This document shows, one piece after another, positions 25,001 to 37,204 of a stretch of 64,000 nucleotides of DNA. Position 1 is the first letter of the stretch. Every line of letters starts with the position of its first letter. Made by a program: the position numbers and the translations under genes. The notes below the pieces were generated by a model, which did no database searches, was not told the origin of the DNA, and saw nothing but the letters and a program-made list of their open reading frames with translations. This DNA comes from Antedon mediterranea (lineage: Eukaryota; Animalia; Echinodermata). The stretch spans positions 36,834,437 through 36,898,436 of the forward strand of contig NC_092672.1 in NCBI RefSeq assembly GCF_964355755.1, given 5' to 3'.

Positions 25001-28000
25001 TCTTGCTGTACTTCCTTTTTTTTTTTTTGGTCAGTGTGTCAAGTTTTCATACATTTTTCGTACTGTTTCAAACAAAACTGAACCAACAATTTATGGGGTT
25101 GTACTGTGTGTTACTTCCTAGTGTTGTCTCTTTAAAATTACTTTGTTATTGTTTTACTTTTGGTTTTCAGAACTAGTTCGATATTAATAGTTTGTTTTGT
25201 TTCCTTGTATTGCCACAATGTTTTTGTAAAGAACTGCTTTTGAAATATGATTAGAAATAAATTAATTTACAGTTGTTGACGTTGTATATGGCATAGAATG
25301 AACTAGAATTACACTATTATTACTATATAAGGTTATACAGTATTGTTAGCACATTTAACAAGAGTCACATCCAATGCGGTATAAATAAGTCCCCCTTTCA
25401 TATTTTCCCCTTGTTCTTATACAGTACCATACTTGACAATGTATAATTCAATTCAATTCAATATAATAATAATATAGTATAATATAGTGTTGCACAGAAT
25501 AGTGTAAGCATTACAATACAAGTATGATATTATAAGTTTAATTAAAGTGGAAAAATACTGTTAAATCAAATTACAGAAAACAATGCATAATTCAAGAAAC
25601 ATTTTAGCCTGTACAAAAAAGTCTGTAAAATCAAAACATTTGAGTACTGAACTGAACTTTTATTGTATCTCTTTTAAATCAGAGGCACGGTCTCAATGAG
25701 ATGTGCAACAAGTTTACAGTGAAAAATAATACATACACACTTAAATATAAATACAAAACAAGAAATTAGACATAAGAACAAAATTACAAAAAAAAAAAAA
25801 AAATTTAAGAAAACTGAGACAGATTAAATACTAAGAAAATGAATAAATTAAGTTTGAAAAGGAATTGTATTATATATATAATTTCGTGTGTTCCAAGCCA
25901 TGGTCAGAAGAATTTTACAAAGAATCAAAAAATTTGTGTTTTATTAAGCTATTTCTTTTTTTTTAGATCGCAAGGTGTTCCTGGCAACCTGGAAGGATAT
26001 TCCACCCTCAAATGAAGTCAACTATACCTTACAAGATGTTCATTTATCGCCAGGTAACAACAAACATTTACAGACTTCAGATAAATTATTTTTATGTGGT
26101 TTTCCTGCGATATGACGGTAATATAACTTCCTGAACTGTTACAAAGAATTCAAATGTTTGTTTTTAAGGAAGCAATCTAGTTGTATAGGAAATTTACATA
26201 CATTCAACAATAGTACATGCCCAACCCGTTGAACCACAAAAAAATAAGTTATAACAAAAAAATAAGTTATAACAAAAGCTCTGTCTACACTATCAAACTA
26301 GTTTGGCAAAAAAGTGTATGATGTGCCCAAATATGGTAGTGATATGACATCATCATGTCTATGAGCACATCACATTTTGTTGTCATATAAAGTTTGATAG
26401 TGGAACTATAAGTAGTTCCATGTGTAGACAGAGTTTAACCTAATTTATTTCTCCATGAGGGAACACAGACCAGCCAAATCATCCTAAAAATTATTGAGCC
26501 TCACATAATAACTATTCTTTGATTAATAATAATAGTAATAATTTTGGAGTGTTAAGTCAATCACTCATATAAAGTAAAAGCACAACATGTAAATATATTT
26601 AATATGTTATAAGCTTGAATTCGATCCAACTCGGCCCTAAACCGTCTCGGCCAAAGTCAAGTCGGCCCTACGTCAAGTCGGCCCCAAGTCAACTTGGCCC
26701 TACGTCAACTCGGCCTCAAGTCAACTCGACCTCAAGTCAACTCGACCTCAAGTCAACTCGACCTCAAGTCAACTCGGTCTCACGTCAACTCAGCCAAAAA
26801 CTAATTCATCAACTCGGCCTCTAAAAACTATGGAACGCAAAAAGTGCTAATATAGTAGTTAATATTATAATGGCAGGATAAACATCACAGAGTACGATTG
26901 GACTAGGGCCTACATAATAGACGAAATAAAACGGAAAATTCAATATAAATTATAACACACTGGGCCTGATCGTTTTTCGTTTAATTGATATAGTATTTAT
27001 TTATATTGTTTGAAATAAATAAATATTTCTTAACATTTTGTATACAGGAGGAATAACTGTCGAAGAAGACATTTTAATGAATAATATTTAAACAATATAC
27101 TTCGGTCTACAACTGTATATATCATCAATATAAAATCATGACAAATCAAAGGGCAAGAATACAAATTGCATAAGCATTATGGGTATAGGTTACATGCACA
27201 CACACCCAGACATGAATGTGCATTATTTACTTACGGTTTTTTGTATGACATTTTTATTTTCATTTCGTTTCTACTTCATAATTAATACAGTACACCATGG
27301 GAAGAGAGAAATTTGCTTCCATAACAGTCCATGGGGATGTGATTGTGATTTTATTGTATTAATTTATGGATTCATGGAATTTGTCATGGTGTGTGTTGTT
27401 ACTATCATAGGGAATCTTGTGTCCCGTTTTGTAATATCATCTTTAAACTGACAAGATGATCATATTGGTGAAGCGTCATTCTAAAAAGAATAATTTCTTC
27501 CTCACTATCATCCGATGACCATCCAGAAACGGCTGCCATTTTAACGTTTGCCCGTTGTCACGGAATACGTCAAAAAACGGAACAGGTGTGAATGTTTAAA
27601 ACGGAACGGTGAACGGACGCGCTTCGCGTTGAAAAAACGGCACCGTCTTCCGTTCCACGAAACGGAACAGGTACGGACGGTGGGAATGCCCCTTTAGGTG
27701 ATCAATTTTAGTGAACAATACAGGGCGCGGTGGGTGTTAAAAAACAGATGAGAATGCTAAGGCAATATTTTGTTGTTTAGGAATTCCGTTGTTTAGGACT
27801 CGTTTGCTTGACAAAATAAAAATACGCCATTTTTTCATGATGATTTCTTCAGTGTGTTTTAGATTAGTTTTTATGCTTGACAAAATAAAATACACCATTT
27901 ATTCATGATGATTTCTTCAGTGTGTTTTAGATTAATTTGCCATACATAAAATGTATTCATTGGATTCTCCATTATTATCAAATCACAAAAGTAATAAAAA

Positions 28001-29311
28001 CAATTTGAATAGCGCACAATTGCAATAGAACTTTAACATGACAGAACATTCTGAATTTGTTTCCATAATCTCTTCGGTAGTTTGATTGACATCGTCATTG
28101 TACACCCGTAACATATTGCTAATAATTTGAGAGAGAATATATACACAAAAAAAAAACCCTTTTTATTTTACTGTATTAATTTAATAATATATCTATATAA
28201 TATATCTATATAATATATAGGCCTTCTAAGAATATTTCGATTATTTCTGGGAACATCCACGTTGTATCAAAAAATAGATCTAACAAACACATTACTGAGG
28301 GTTTTTACTACGACTAACCAACCAACAATATAAATAAATACTAGGCGAAAAACGATCAGGTCCAGTGTGTTATAATTTACATTGAAATTTCCATTTTATT
28401 TCGTCTATTATGTAGACCTAACCGTACTATATCCTGTCATTGTAATAAATGAACTACTATATTAGCACTTTTTGCGTTCAATACTTTTTAGAGGCCGAGT
28501 TGACGGATGAGTTTTTGGCCGAGTTGACTTATGAGTTTTTGGCCGAGTTGACTTGAGGCCGAGTTGACTTGAGGCCGAGTTGACGTTAGGCCGAGTTGAC
28601 TTGAGGCCGAGTTGACGTGAGGCCGAGTTGACTTGAGGCCGAGTTGACTTGGGGCCGACTTGACGTGGGACCGACTTTGACGTGGGGCCGAGACGGTTAA
28701 GGGCCGAGTTGACCTGCACCCATAAGCTTGTACCAGGGCATGTAGGCAACAGTGCTCAATGCAAAGCAGAATAGAAATTGTCGAAGATGCTAGTTTTATG
28801 AGGAATATCTCTATCTTTTCAGTTATAACTAGAGTTGTTGACTTTCTCCAAGTATATGATGAGTTTTTCATCACAGAATCTTGATTATGATTTTCATTAA
28901 TTAGTAGGTCTAAAACTTTACGAAATTTATTTTCTTTAGATGCGGTTTTACAAAAATTGGAAGCATCAAATGTGTTTACGGTTGCTAGACGACAGGTCGA
29001 AGGTCAAGAAATGATATATCAATCAATGAAACTGACCAATGGTGTCTGGGTCTTGAGTGAACTGAAAATAAGTCCTGGTAATCCTGTAATTGGGGTAAGT
29101 TTATTGTTTTGTTGTTGAATTTAAATTTCTTGTCTGATTCTATCATCAATTTAACAATTTTATCCGATCAAAATTTACAAAATACAATTTTGGGTTGAAA
29201 TCGTAACATATTAATAAATTTTTTTTTTTTTTGCAGTTATCAATTAAATCCCGTGCGATGGAAGTAGCATCCTTTGCTATGGAATCTTATAATACCATAC
29301 TTCATCAATAA
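16060..29311 (+). CDS. AP1B1: Adaptor protein complex AP-1/AP-2 beta subunit (beta-adaptin), about 17 coding exons
   Basis: [85 protein letters not shown], hinge [11 protein letters not shown], ear [14 protein letters not shown] and [13 protein letters not shown]; stop TAA at 29309-29311. Probably co-orthologous to vertebrate AP1B1 and AP2B1. Confidence 0.97.
16723..17090. mobile_element. MITE (termini GCTTGGTTCCCACTAG...CTAGTGGGAACCAAGC)
   Basis: TTGGTTCCCACTAGAGACGCAAC on the left and GTTGCATCTCTAGTGCGAACCAAGC on the right; shorter relatives at 23524-23690 and 56829-56975. Confidence 0.7.
21653..23033. mobile_element. Non-autonomous DNA element (hAT-like) inserted into a family Z MITE in a beta-adaptin intron
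   Basis: Splits the Z MITE (21588-21652 / 23034-23138); GACATG duplicated at both junctions; short imperfect TIR (TAGGCTCGCACT / AGTGCTACCCCA) with subterminal TGGCGA/TGGCTA repeats. Confidence 0.6.
24800..24817 (+). other. Candidate 18-nt alternative microexon of beta-adaptin (adds GKGDPN)
   Basis: ttttag|GTAAAGGTGACCCTAATG|gtaagc; phase 1 at both ends like the host intron, no stop, long T-rich tract with TGC motifs upstream. Confidence 0.6.
26617..28721. mobile_element. Foldback-type non-autonomous DNA transposon with about 400-bp TIRs containing 17-bp tandem repeats (AAGTCAACTCGGCCTC-type)
   Basis: 26617-27020 is the reverse complement of about 28325-28721; flanked by direct repeat ATAAGCTT(G) at 26609 and 28722 (8-9 bp TSD, MULE- or hAT-like). 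Confidence 0.88.
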
Positions 29312-30075
29312 AAACTATAAAAAAAATTAAAGTCAACTTCAAATATAGTTTATCTTGCATTTATTATAATGTTTATTTCCTTATACTGTACAAAGCTTTT
29401 ATAATTGTAATACTGAAGTTGTGTCAGCATGTTTAATAATGTACATGTACTGTATCCTAAACAATTAGTACAAATTCATAACAAACAAAATTAAACACCA
29501 AATATGGAATTATGATATTGATAACTTCCTTTTTTCATTCCTGTTAAAGTAATATATAACAATGTTATTGTTCTTAAAATAAAGCATGTAGTTTTATTAT
29601 TATAATAATATAGCCTTGTGCTACCACACCTTATTTAAGCAACTCACGTAGTATCAAAGTTTAAAATACCGCATTGTATTTTGTAATGTTAATTATTCTC
29701 TATTGATAAACTGAACACAAAATTAACTATTTGAATATTAAGTTAATAATTATAAAGTTTTATAATGTTTTGACTCATACGTAACATACAAATGTCATAT
29801 TGGACAACAGTAAGCGATCAAAGTTTATAAAACAATGAAGAGGAATATAATAATTAATATATTGTTATATACATAAGCATGCTATTATTGCTATTATTTT
29901 TTATTATTTCATAATATTTTACTGTTATTAGTGTTGATAATATTAAATCATGCTGAAATTATTAAATGTAGTAAATGTGATAAAATGTAAAAGAGTAAAC
30001 TTTGTTAATTGATGTCATTGCAACAAACAAATAAATAAATATACAATTAAAACTGTAACCATGTACTGAGACTAT

Positions 30076-32116
30076 CGCCCGTATTCTTAAACCGGACTTT
30101 AGTCGTAGTTCGTTCGAAGTTCGACTTGGAAAAGTCGTAGTTCGAGCTATTACTTCAAATTCGATTCAAAAACGAAGTAGTCGAAGTTTGCAGTTCGACT
30201 TAACTGAAGTCGAGCTTTTAGTCGAGTTGCACACGTCTGGGTAACAAAGGCTATACATTGGCCAATGACAAGAGAGTATTGAGGAGCAGACGAAATTTTG
30301 CGCATTGATATCACTTTCCATTTCTTACAACACTTTTTACGCATCAGGACTATATACATGAAAAATAATTTTAATCGTTAATTATTAGAACAATATCAGT
30401 ATTAATTTAACAGTGAAGTATATTTGATTAACAACAAATAAAATCTTAAAAATATATTTAGGAACCATGGCGGTACGGTAACTTTTATATTTTCTAGGCC
30501 CCCAACAAACTATGATCGCCACGAACCACGCACTTCATAGCGTGACAAGAAAGCGCTAGGCCCCCTAAACATTCCATCGCGTGGTGAATTGCCGCATCTC
30601 CCATTGTCGCTATGGCGTGACGTAGCTCAAGTCGGACTTGCGCGAAGAAAATAATGTAATTTGTATACAGTTGTAAATAAAGATGATTTTCATTATTATA
30701 ATTTATACCAATGTATATTTAATTAAGCTAATATAAATATACAGGGAACATTTTCGCCAGTGTAGCGTAGCAAAAAGCTATACAAAACAACCTTATTGCT
30801 ACACATTTTGAAAATTGTGTAGCAAAAAATACAATACAAAACTATCGCCCGTATTCTTAAACCGGACTTTAGTCGTAGTTCGAGCTAAAACTAAAAAAAT
30901 GACGTCATTTTAATTCATAAACCGAACTTCAACTAAATCACCGACTAAATCAGGCCAACCTCGACTAAATCGAGACGGATTTTGATCGATTTTTTTAGTC
31001 CTGGAGGGGGCAGACTAAATGGTCGACTAAATGTTTTTTAAACGATGTTTATAAAAAACGTAACAGTCATTGAGTTGTTATATTGGCCAGATATTGAAGA
31101 ATGAAATATCTATATTTATATTAGCTTAATTAAATATACATTGGTATAAATTATAATAATGAAAATCATCTTTATTTACAACTGTATACAAATTACATTA
31201 TTTTCTTCGCGCAAGTCCGACTTGAGCTACGTCACGCCATAGCGACAATGGGAGATGCGGCAATTCACCACGCGATGGAATGTTTAGGGGGCCTAGCGCT
31301 TTCTTGTCACGCTATGAAGTGCGTGGTTCGTGGCGATCATACTTTGTTGGGGACCTAGAAAATATAAAAGTTACCGTACCGCCATGGTTCCTAAATATAT
31401 TTTGAAGATTTTATTTGTTGTTAATCAAATATACTTCACTGTTAAATTAATACTGATATTGTTCTAATAATTAACGATTAAAATTATTTTTCATGTATAT
31501 AGTCCTGATGCGTAAAAAGTGTTGTAAGAAATGGAAAGTGATATCAATGCGCAAAATTTCGTCTGCTCCTCAAATACTCTCTTGTCATTGGCCAATGTAT
31601 TTGTTACCCAGACGACGTGTGCAACTCGACTAAAAGCTCGACTTCATTAAGTCGAACTGAAAACTTCGACTACTTCGTTTTTGAATCGAATTTGAAGTAA
31701 TAGCTCGAACTACGACTTTTCCAAGTCGAACTTCGAACTACGACTAAAGTCCGGTTTAAGAATACGGGCGTATGTTTCTGGACTTAAAAATCAGTTTGAT
31801 TAGCAATATTGTTAAACAACATTTTTAAATGAAAATTTTCCCTGATATAGATATTTCATTCTTCAATATCTGGCCAATATAACAACTCAATGACTGTTAC
31901 GTTTTTTATAAACATCGTTTAAAAACCATTTAGTCGACCATTTAGTCTGCCCCCTCCAGGACTAAAAAAATCTATCAAAATCCGCGTCTCGATTTAGTCG
32001 AGGTTGGCCTGATTTAGTCGGTGATTTAGTTGAAGTTCGGTTTATGAATTAAAATGACGTCATTTTTTTAGTTTTAGCTCGAACTACGACCAAAGTCCGG
32101 TTTAAGAATACGGGCG
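30076..32116. mobile_element. Triple nest: MITE X (reverse) containing element Y (30742-31844), which contains a second MITE X (30846-31770, forward)
   Basis: X TIR CGCCCGTATTCTTAAACCGGACTTTAGTCGTAGTTCG occurs four times; inner X flanked by TAT/TAT; Y has CAGGGAA...TTCCCTG ends and an ATATA duplication. Confidence 0.85.
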
Positions 32117-32769
32117 TGAAACTGGGCTGAATTGCCATACATATTATCTTCTAAATGGGTTTCTTGCCACAAAAAATTGCTCATTCGTCTGTCCACAATG
32201 GCCGTGATTTCAGTTTTGTTTAAATTTAAAGGTACTGTAGGCCTATAGCAATTTTAAAGGCGATTTGTCTAACATAAAAGCTAAAATTAAATACATGTGG
32301 GAAATAGGTAATAAGCCCATAGTTTAAGTTTGAATTGTACATGCATACTTTTTAATAACCATTTTACGCAATCACACAATTTGTATTTTACCCTAATATT
32401 ATTATTAATTATTTAGTATTGAACGATATCTTTAAATTGGTACATTTAAGTAGACTCTAAATTGAGTCTCGCCTTGTCATTACATAACCACTAATCAAAA
32501 TTTAGTTTCAAAAGCTAATAAATTTGTTTATGTAGTTTAGTTGCATTTCTTTCAAGTCATGAAATATTCTGTAAACAATGCATTGTTTCTATTAATTTTC
32601 GAAAAGAAGTTTTTGAAATTCTTTACAGATAGGAAGCCAGAACAATAATGTACAATACTTTAATTTTAAAAACTGCAATTAAATTTGTCAACTGATGCCC
32701 ATCCACTTTAGAAAAACACATTTTAGACTTTTTATTAAATCCTGGCAGAATTTATGCCTTTTGTACTAT

Positions 32770-35700
32770 TTAGGATGTTTGTACTGTAAAGTAAAATGGT
32801 TTTTCGTCACCATTAACGGCATCTGGTTGAGCATCAGGTGACATCTTAACACCCTTGTTAACCTCGAGAATGTTATAATCATCATCTCCAGCAAAGACAT
32901 CAGTAAAAACAGACATTTCTGGATTGTCATCTTGGTCAGAGCTTTTCTCAAGAACATAATAGTCACCCTCTGCAAGAACATTCTCTACGTCCAAACGAGA
33001 CGTTTGAGCCGGACCAACGTCTCTCTCAAGGACATGATAGTGACCCTCTGCAAGAACATTCTCTACGTCCAAACGAGACGTTTGAGCTGGACCAACGTCT
33101 TTACCGGAGTCCCTCTCAAGGACATGATAGCCACCATCTGCAAGAACATTTTCTACGGCCAAACGAGACGTTTGAGCTGGACCAACGTCTTTACCAGAGT
33201 CCCTCTCAAGGACATGATAGCCACCCTCTGCAAGAACATTATCTACGTCCAAACGAGACGTTTGAGCTGGACCAACGTCTTTACCAGAGTCCCTCTCAAG
33301 GACATGATAGTCACCCTCTGCAAGAACATTCTCTACGTCCAAACGAGACGTTTGAGCTGGACCAACGTCTTTACCGGAGTCTCTCTCAAGGACATGATAG
33401 CCACCATCTGCAAGAACATTTTCTTGTATCTCTACGCGGCGAGGTATTTGTCCCGATTTAAGAAGAGGGTCATCTGGATACGCGTATTCGTGATCATCAG
33501 CATTCGATCCAACAATCTGATTGGCTCTACTCGAAATATCGGTGCCATTGTTGTGAGAATTCTGGCTTGTTGAATTGCCAATATTGGCGACTCCTCTACC
33601 AAGAACATTGTAGTCGCCTCCGGCAAAAGATTTTTCAATATCTGTTGATACGCCGCGACGAGTTATTGGACCTGATGCAAGTATCGGATCATCTGGATAA
33701 GCATATTCGTGGTCGTCTTCGTTAGTAAACTGCGCTCTACCATCATGCGTCTGATACCGAACTTCACCTGAAGCACGGGACGCAATGGCAACTGTTGCAG
33801 ATGTGTGCTCAGTTCCTGGTGGCAATGAAGACACACTCGGTGGTTCTGGTGACAAGTGAACTATAGCACTGGAGTATCCGCTGCTGATTACGTTTTTTGG
33901 TTGACGTTGTAGTCTCATGTATTCATGATTGGATTGATCTCCAGTGTCAGTGTGAATGTCTTGATTCAAGTGTGGTTGTCGGTTTTGGTGTTCTGTTACT
34001 GAATTGTCATGCACTCTTTGTGAGTCATCTGTTACTTTAAAACAAATCAGATCTTATTAGACATGATGTGTGTAATGAAAACTAAATATACAAATTTCGC
34101 CAAAATTATCAATAAATAAGACTACCTGTTTTTAATTTCACGTTCTCTTGAACTGTAGCAACTTTCGTTGTGTTTCTAAGGAGATATAATTATTTGGTGC
34201 TTTATCTTTATCGTCATCATTTATTTGAAAATTATCATTGAATATCGTCTTTAATTCTCTTTAATGACATTGTCACATTATAACACTCTTTTCAGTACTA
34301 TCACGATCATTATATTATTCCAATTGTAATGAAGTAGAAGTCTTCAAAACAGTCTACAGTGCAAACAAGCATAGTTAGTTAGTCACTGAGAAATGTAATC
34401 ACTACCATGATAACCAAAACTAAACATGATAACTAAAGTAAATTCAGATAATTAGCGCTACTTTCATAATATAATTGTACGAAGCCGACTGAATGATAAT
34501 AACACGTTACTTTGTAACACATTCACAAATGTGTTCTTAATATATACTCAGTATTCAGTAAAATTACGGCAGAAAAAAAACGTCAAAACAATTAATAGGC
34601 CTACATAATTATTAATTAAAAATGCACTTCTTGAACCTACCTTTGATTCTGTCTTCGATGGTAGAAATATATCGCTAACATAATCATAAGTAGTATTAGA
34701 ACACAAATCGGTATGTATATCTGTGGATTCTGCTTTGTTGAATCTTGGAGTGACCCTCCAACAAAGTCCCTGGTTGTAGCATAGTTGGGAGTAGTATCCT
34801 GATAATTTGTTGAAGCGGGTGATGTCAATTGTGGGTCTTTTAGTGACTCTAAAAATAATTGTTATTGAATAAAACAAAATAAATATACTCAATATAAAAA
34901 CAATTAAGCCGCTAAAATGTTTTGAAATCGTTTACACTCAGTGTTGTAGCCTTATTGTAGGTCTACTTACAGTTTTCTTGACTAGTTTCTAAAACTTCAG
35001 GCCTACAATCAGTTTACCGGTATTATACTTGCCGTAAGAAAGGAAACCCTCTTAACCCTTGTTGAGCCATGAAATGGGCAAAAAGTCAAATTTATGAAAA
35101 CATGGCACTCTCAAATGTGCAAATCTGTAAACAATTCTTAATCCACTAATGTGCCGTTAAGTGTCCAAACGATCAGTTTTGACGTTAAATGTGCAAAGGA
35201 AATTCTACAAATGTGCAAATCATTTTGAAAAATCGAATAACAGAAGGAACATTTTATAGATGAAGAAGGCATGCATAGGGATAAATAATAATCCTTAGGC
35301 AAATGAAATGATGCGCGATTTAATATAGCGCAAAGATTTTGTTGCCCAATTTGAATTTGCACAACAACCTTGTATAATTTGAAATTGCGCAAGGAAATCT
35401 TTGAGCAATTTCAATAACATTTTTTGTTAAACTTGCATTTTTTTTAGTATGCGTAAAAGATTTATAAATGAGCTTTGGTTTGATCAAATACTGAAAATAC
35501 ATTGCGCTGTTTGAAATTTTCTGCGCAATATTAAGTTTTATTTTGATACAATTTGTGCACAGAAATCCTTGAAATTTAGGCTACATTGATCAAATCTCGC
35601 ATAACATAAACATGCACTTTAAATAAAATGTAGAAAATATAATGCACTCAGTTAGGTCTAATTATATTTTGTAATTTCCTTTTAAATAAGAGAACATCTA

Positions 35701-37204
35701 AGGAACTTAAATTCCAACGGTATGGAAGTATTGCCATCTCCAGCAAGCAATACCACGTGTCAGTCCTGAATCCCCGGATCATTGTAAAAATGTTGTAAAA
35801 CACAACACAGATTATTTCAGGCTGTATTACTATCAATGACGCCAGTGGCAATATATCGAAAACATTATGTTAGAAAAACCCATGGATAGTTAGAATCATT
35901 TTTATTTTAACTAGTCCTATGACTAAACTTATTTTGGTTGAAGAAAATTACAGTATTTGCACATTTGTAGAATTTCGTTTTCAAATCTAACGTCAAAACT
36001 GATCGTTTTGAGGGTGCAATGTTTGCACTAATTCAATCTTTCATTAGTGGAAAATTACTTCCATTTATTGTCATTTGCATAAAAAATACATAGGCATAGG
36101 AATTATGTTTGCTCTATTTATTAGTATTCTTACGAAAAAAACACACATGCAGTTTTCCGCGGGAAAGGTGGTACCGCAGTTTGAACTTTCGTAAGAATAC
36201 TAATAAACAGAGCATAATAAAATTTTACTACTATTAATATATTACTACTGTAGGTACAGACATTGTATTACAAACGAATTTGTATTACCATCAACACAAA
36301 CTTTAGGCCACTCATGCCTTTCCGTTGAACTCTTGAGTACGCCTACATATATGCAATCAATGTCGTTTTGTAATATTATTATTCTACAGTTGTTTGATTG
36401 AAATCTGCAGTAGAATGTTTGTTTAACGGTCATTGCTTGATTAAATGTGCATTTTTTCATAATACAGCAAGCAGGCCTACAGGTTGACGCAATACGTGTG
36501 TTCTCTGTTCCATTGAAAAATATGCACCAAATAGCTTTTTTATAAAATGTACATTCATTGTTAATTTTAATTCCATTACAATGACAGATCAGCCAGGAGA
36601 ACAGCCTACCATCTATACTTTGTTTACATGTTCTCATATTACCGTCGCTCAGATTTGTGGGGCCTGAAATTTCGTTAGGACTACAGCAATAGTCAGTACC
36701 TTCTACCACCAACAGACTCATCATCCAAACCAACTGAATTTCCAGAACTAGGGTATAATGTATACCGGTAATTAATTAGTCAAAGTATACACAGGACTGA
36801 GAATATACACATGTACAGTATTGTTAAAATATTTTAAAAATTGCTATACGTTAATTTATACCGATTATACAATATCATCGGATTTTACAGTATTATAAAT
36901 TGATAATAAAGTAAATAGACCTGGAATTTAACAACGGCCATGGTACCGTCATGCAATGGTCAATGTCTACACTTATAATGAATGTTTTGCACAATGAACC
37001 ACACGATTTCATATTTTAGTATAGTTATAGGCCCTATTCGCACTAAAGGCTACACCATCAAAAATCTTATTTGCATTGCAATTTTTTTTAAATTTTGGAT
37101 CCGCTTTATGTGCTTGTCCTACTTAATTGTAATTTAATTCCATTCTGTTGAATCTCAGAGCCTGGATTAATATCAAATTGTAATTGTTACTTACGTTTAA
37201 ACAT
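32770..37204 (-). CDS. Receptor 1: unassigned type I membrane protein, about 663 aa; exons 37195-37204, 36289-36747, 34641-34848, 34126-34175, 32770-34034
   Basis: All junctions GT-AG and in frame (1992 nt). Signal peptide MFKLLEIQLVWMMSLLVVEG, 15-Cys ectodomain, short S/T stalk, TM IYIPICVLILLMIMLAIYFY plus HRRQ stop-transfer, long acidic tail with YMRL, 2x YAYP, YNVL, 5x YHVL, YYVL, YNIL and YFTV. Confidence 0.8.
32945..33425 (-). repeat. Coding 90-bp (30-aa) tandem repeat DVENVLAEGDYHVLERDSGKDVGPAQTSRL, 6 tyrosine-bearing units
   Basis: GACATGATAG recurs at 33121, 33211, 33301 and 33391 (90-bp period); one unit has an in-frame 12-bp deletion. Confidence 0.92.
35040..36060. mobile_element. 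Degenerate inverted-repeat element in a receptor 1 intron
   Basis: GATCAGTTTTGACGTTA...AAATTCTACAAATGTGCAAAT (35171-35220) is inverted at 35955-36004; ends not resolved. Confidence 0.5.

Noticed and set aside
26615-28874. ORFs with [14 protein letters not shown] repeats
   Set aside because: Translations of the 17-bp TIR repeats of the foldback element.
32932-33573. 213-aa plus-strand repeat ORF (and 43205..43540, 43269..43514)
   Set aside because: Antisense frames of the 90-bp coding repeat; the minus frame has the splice sites and paralogue support.
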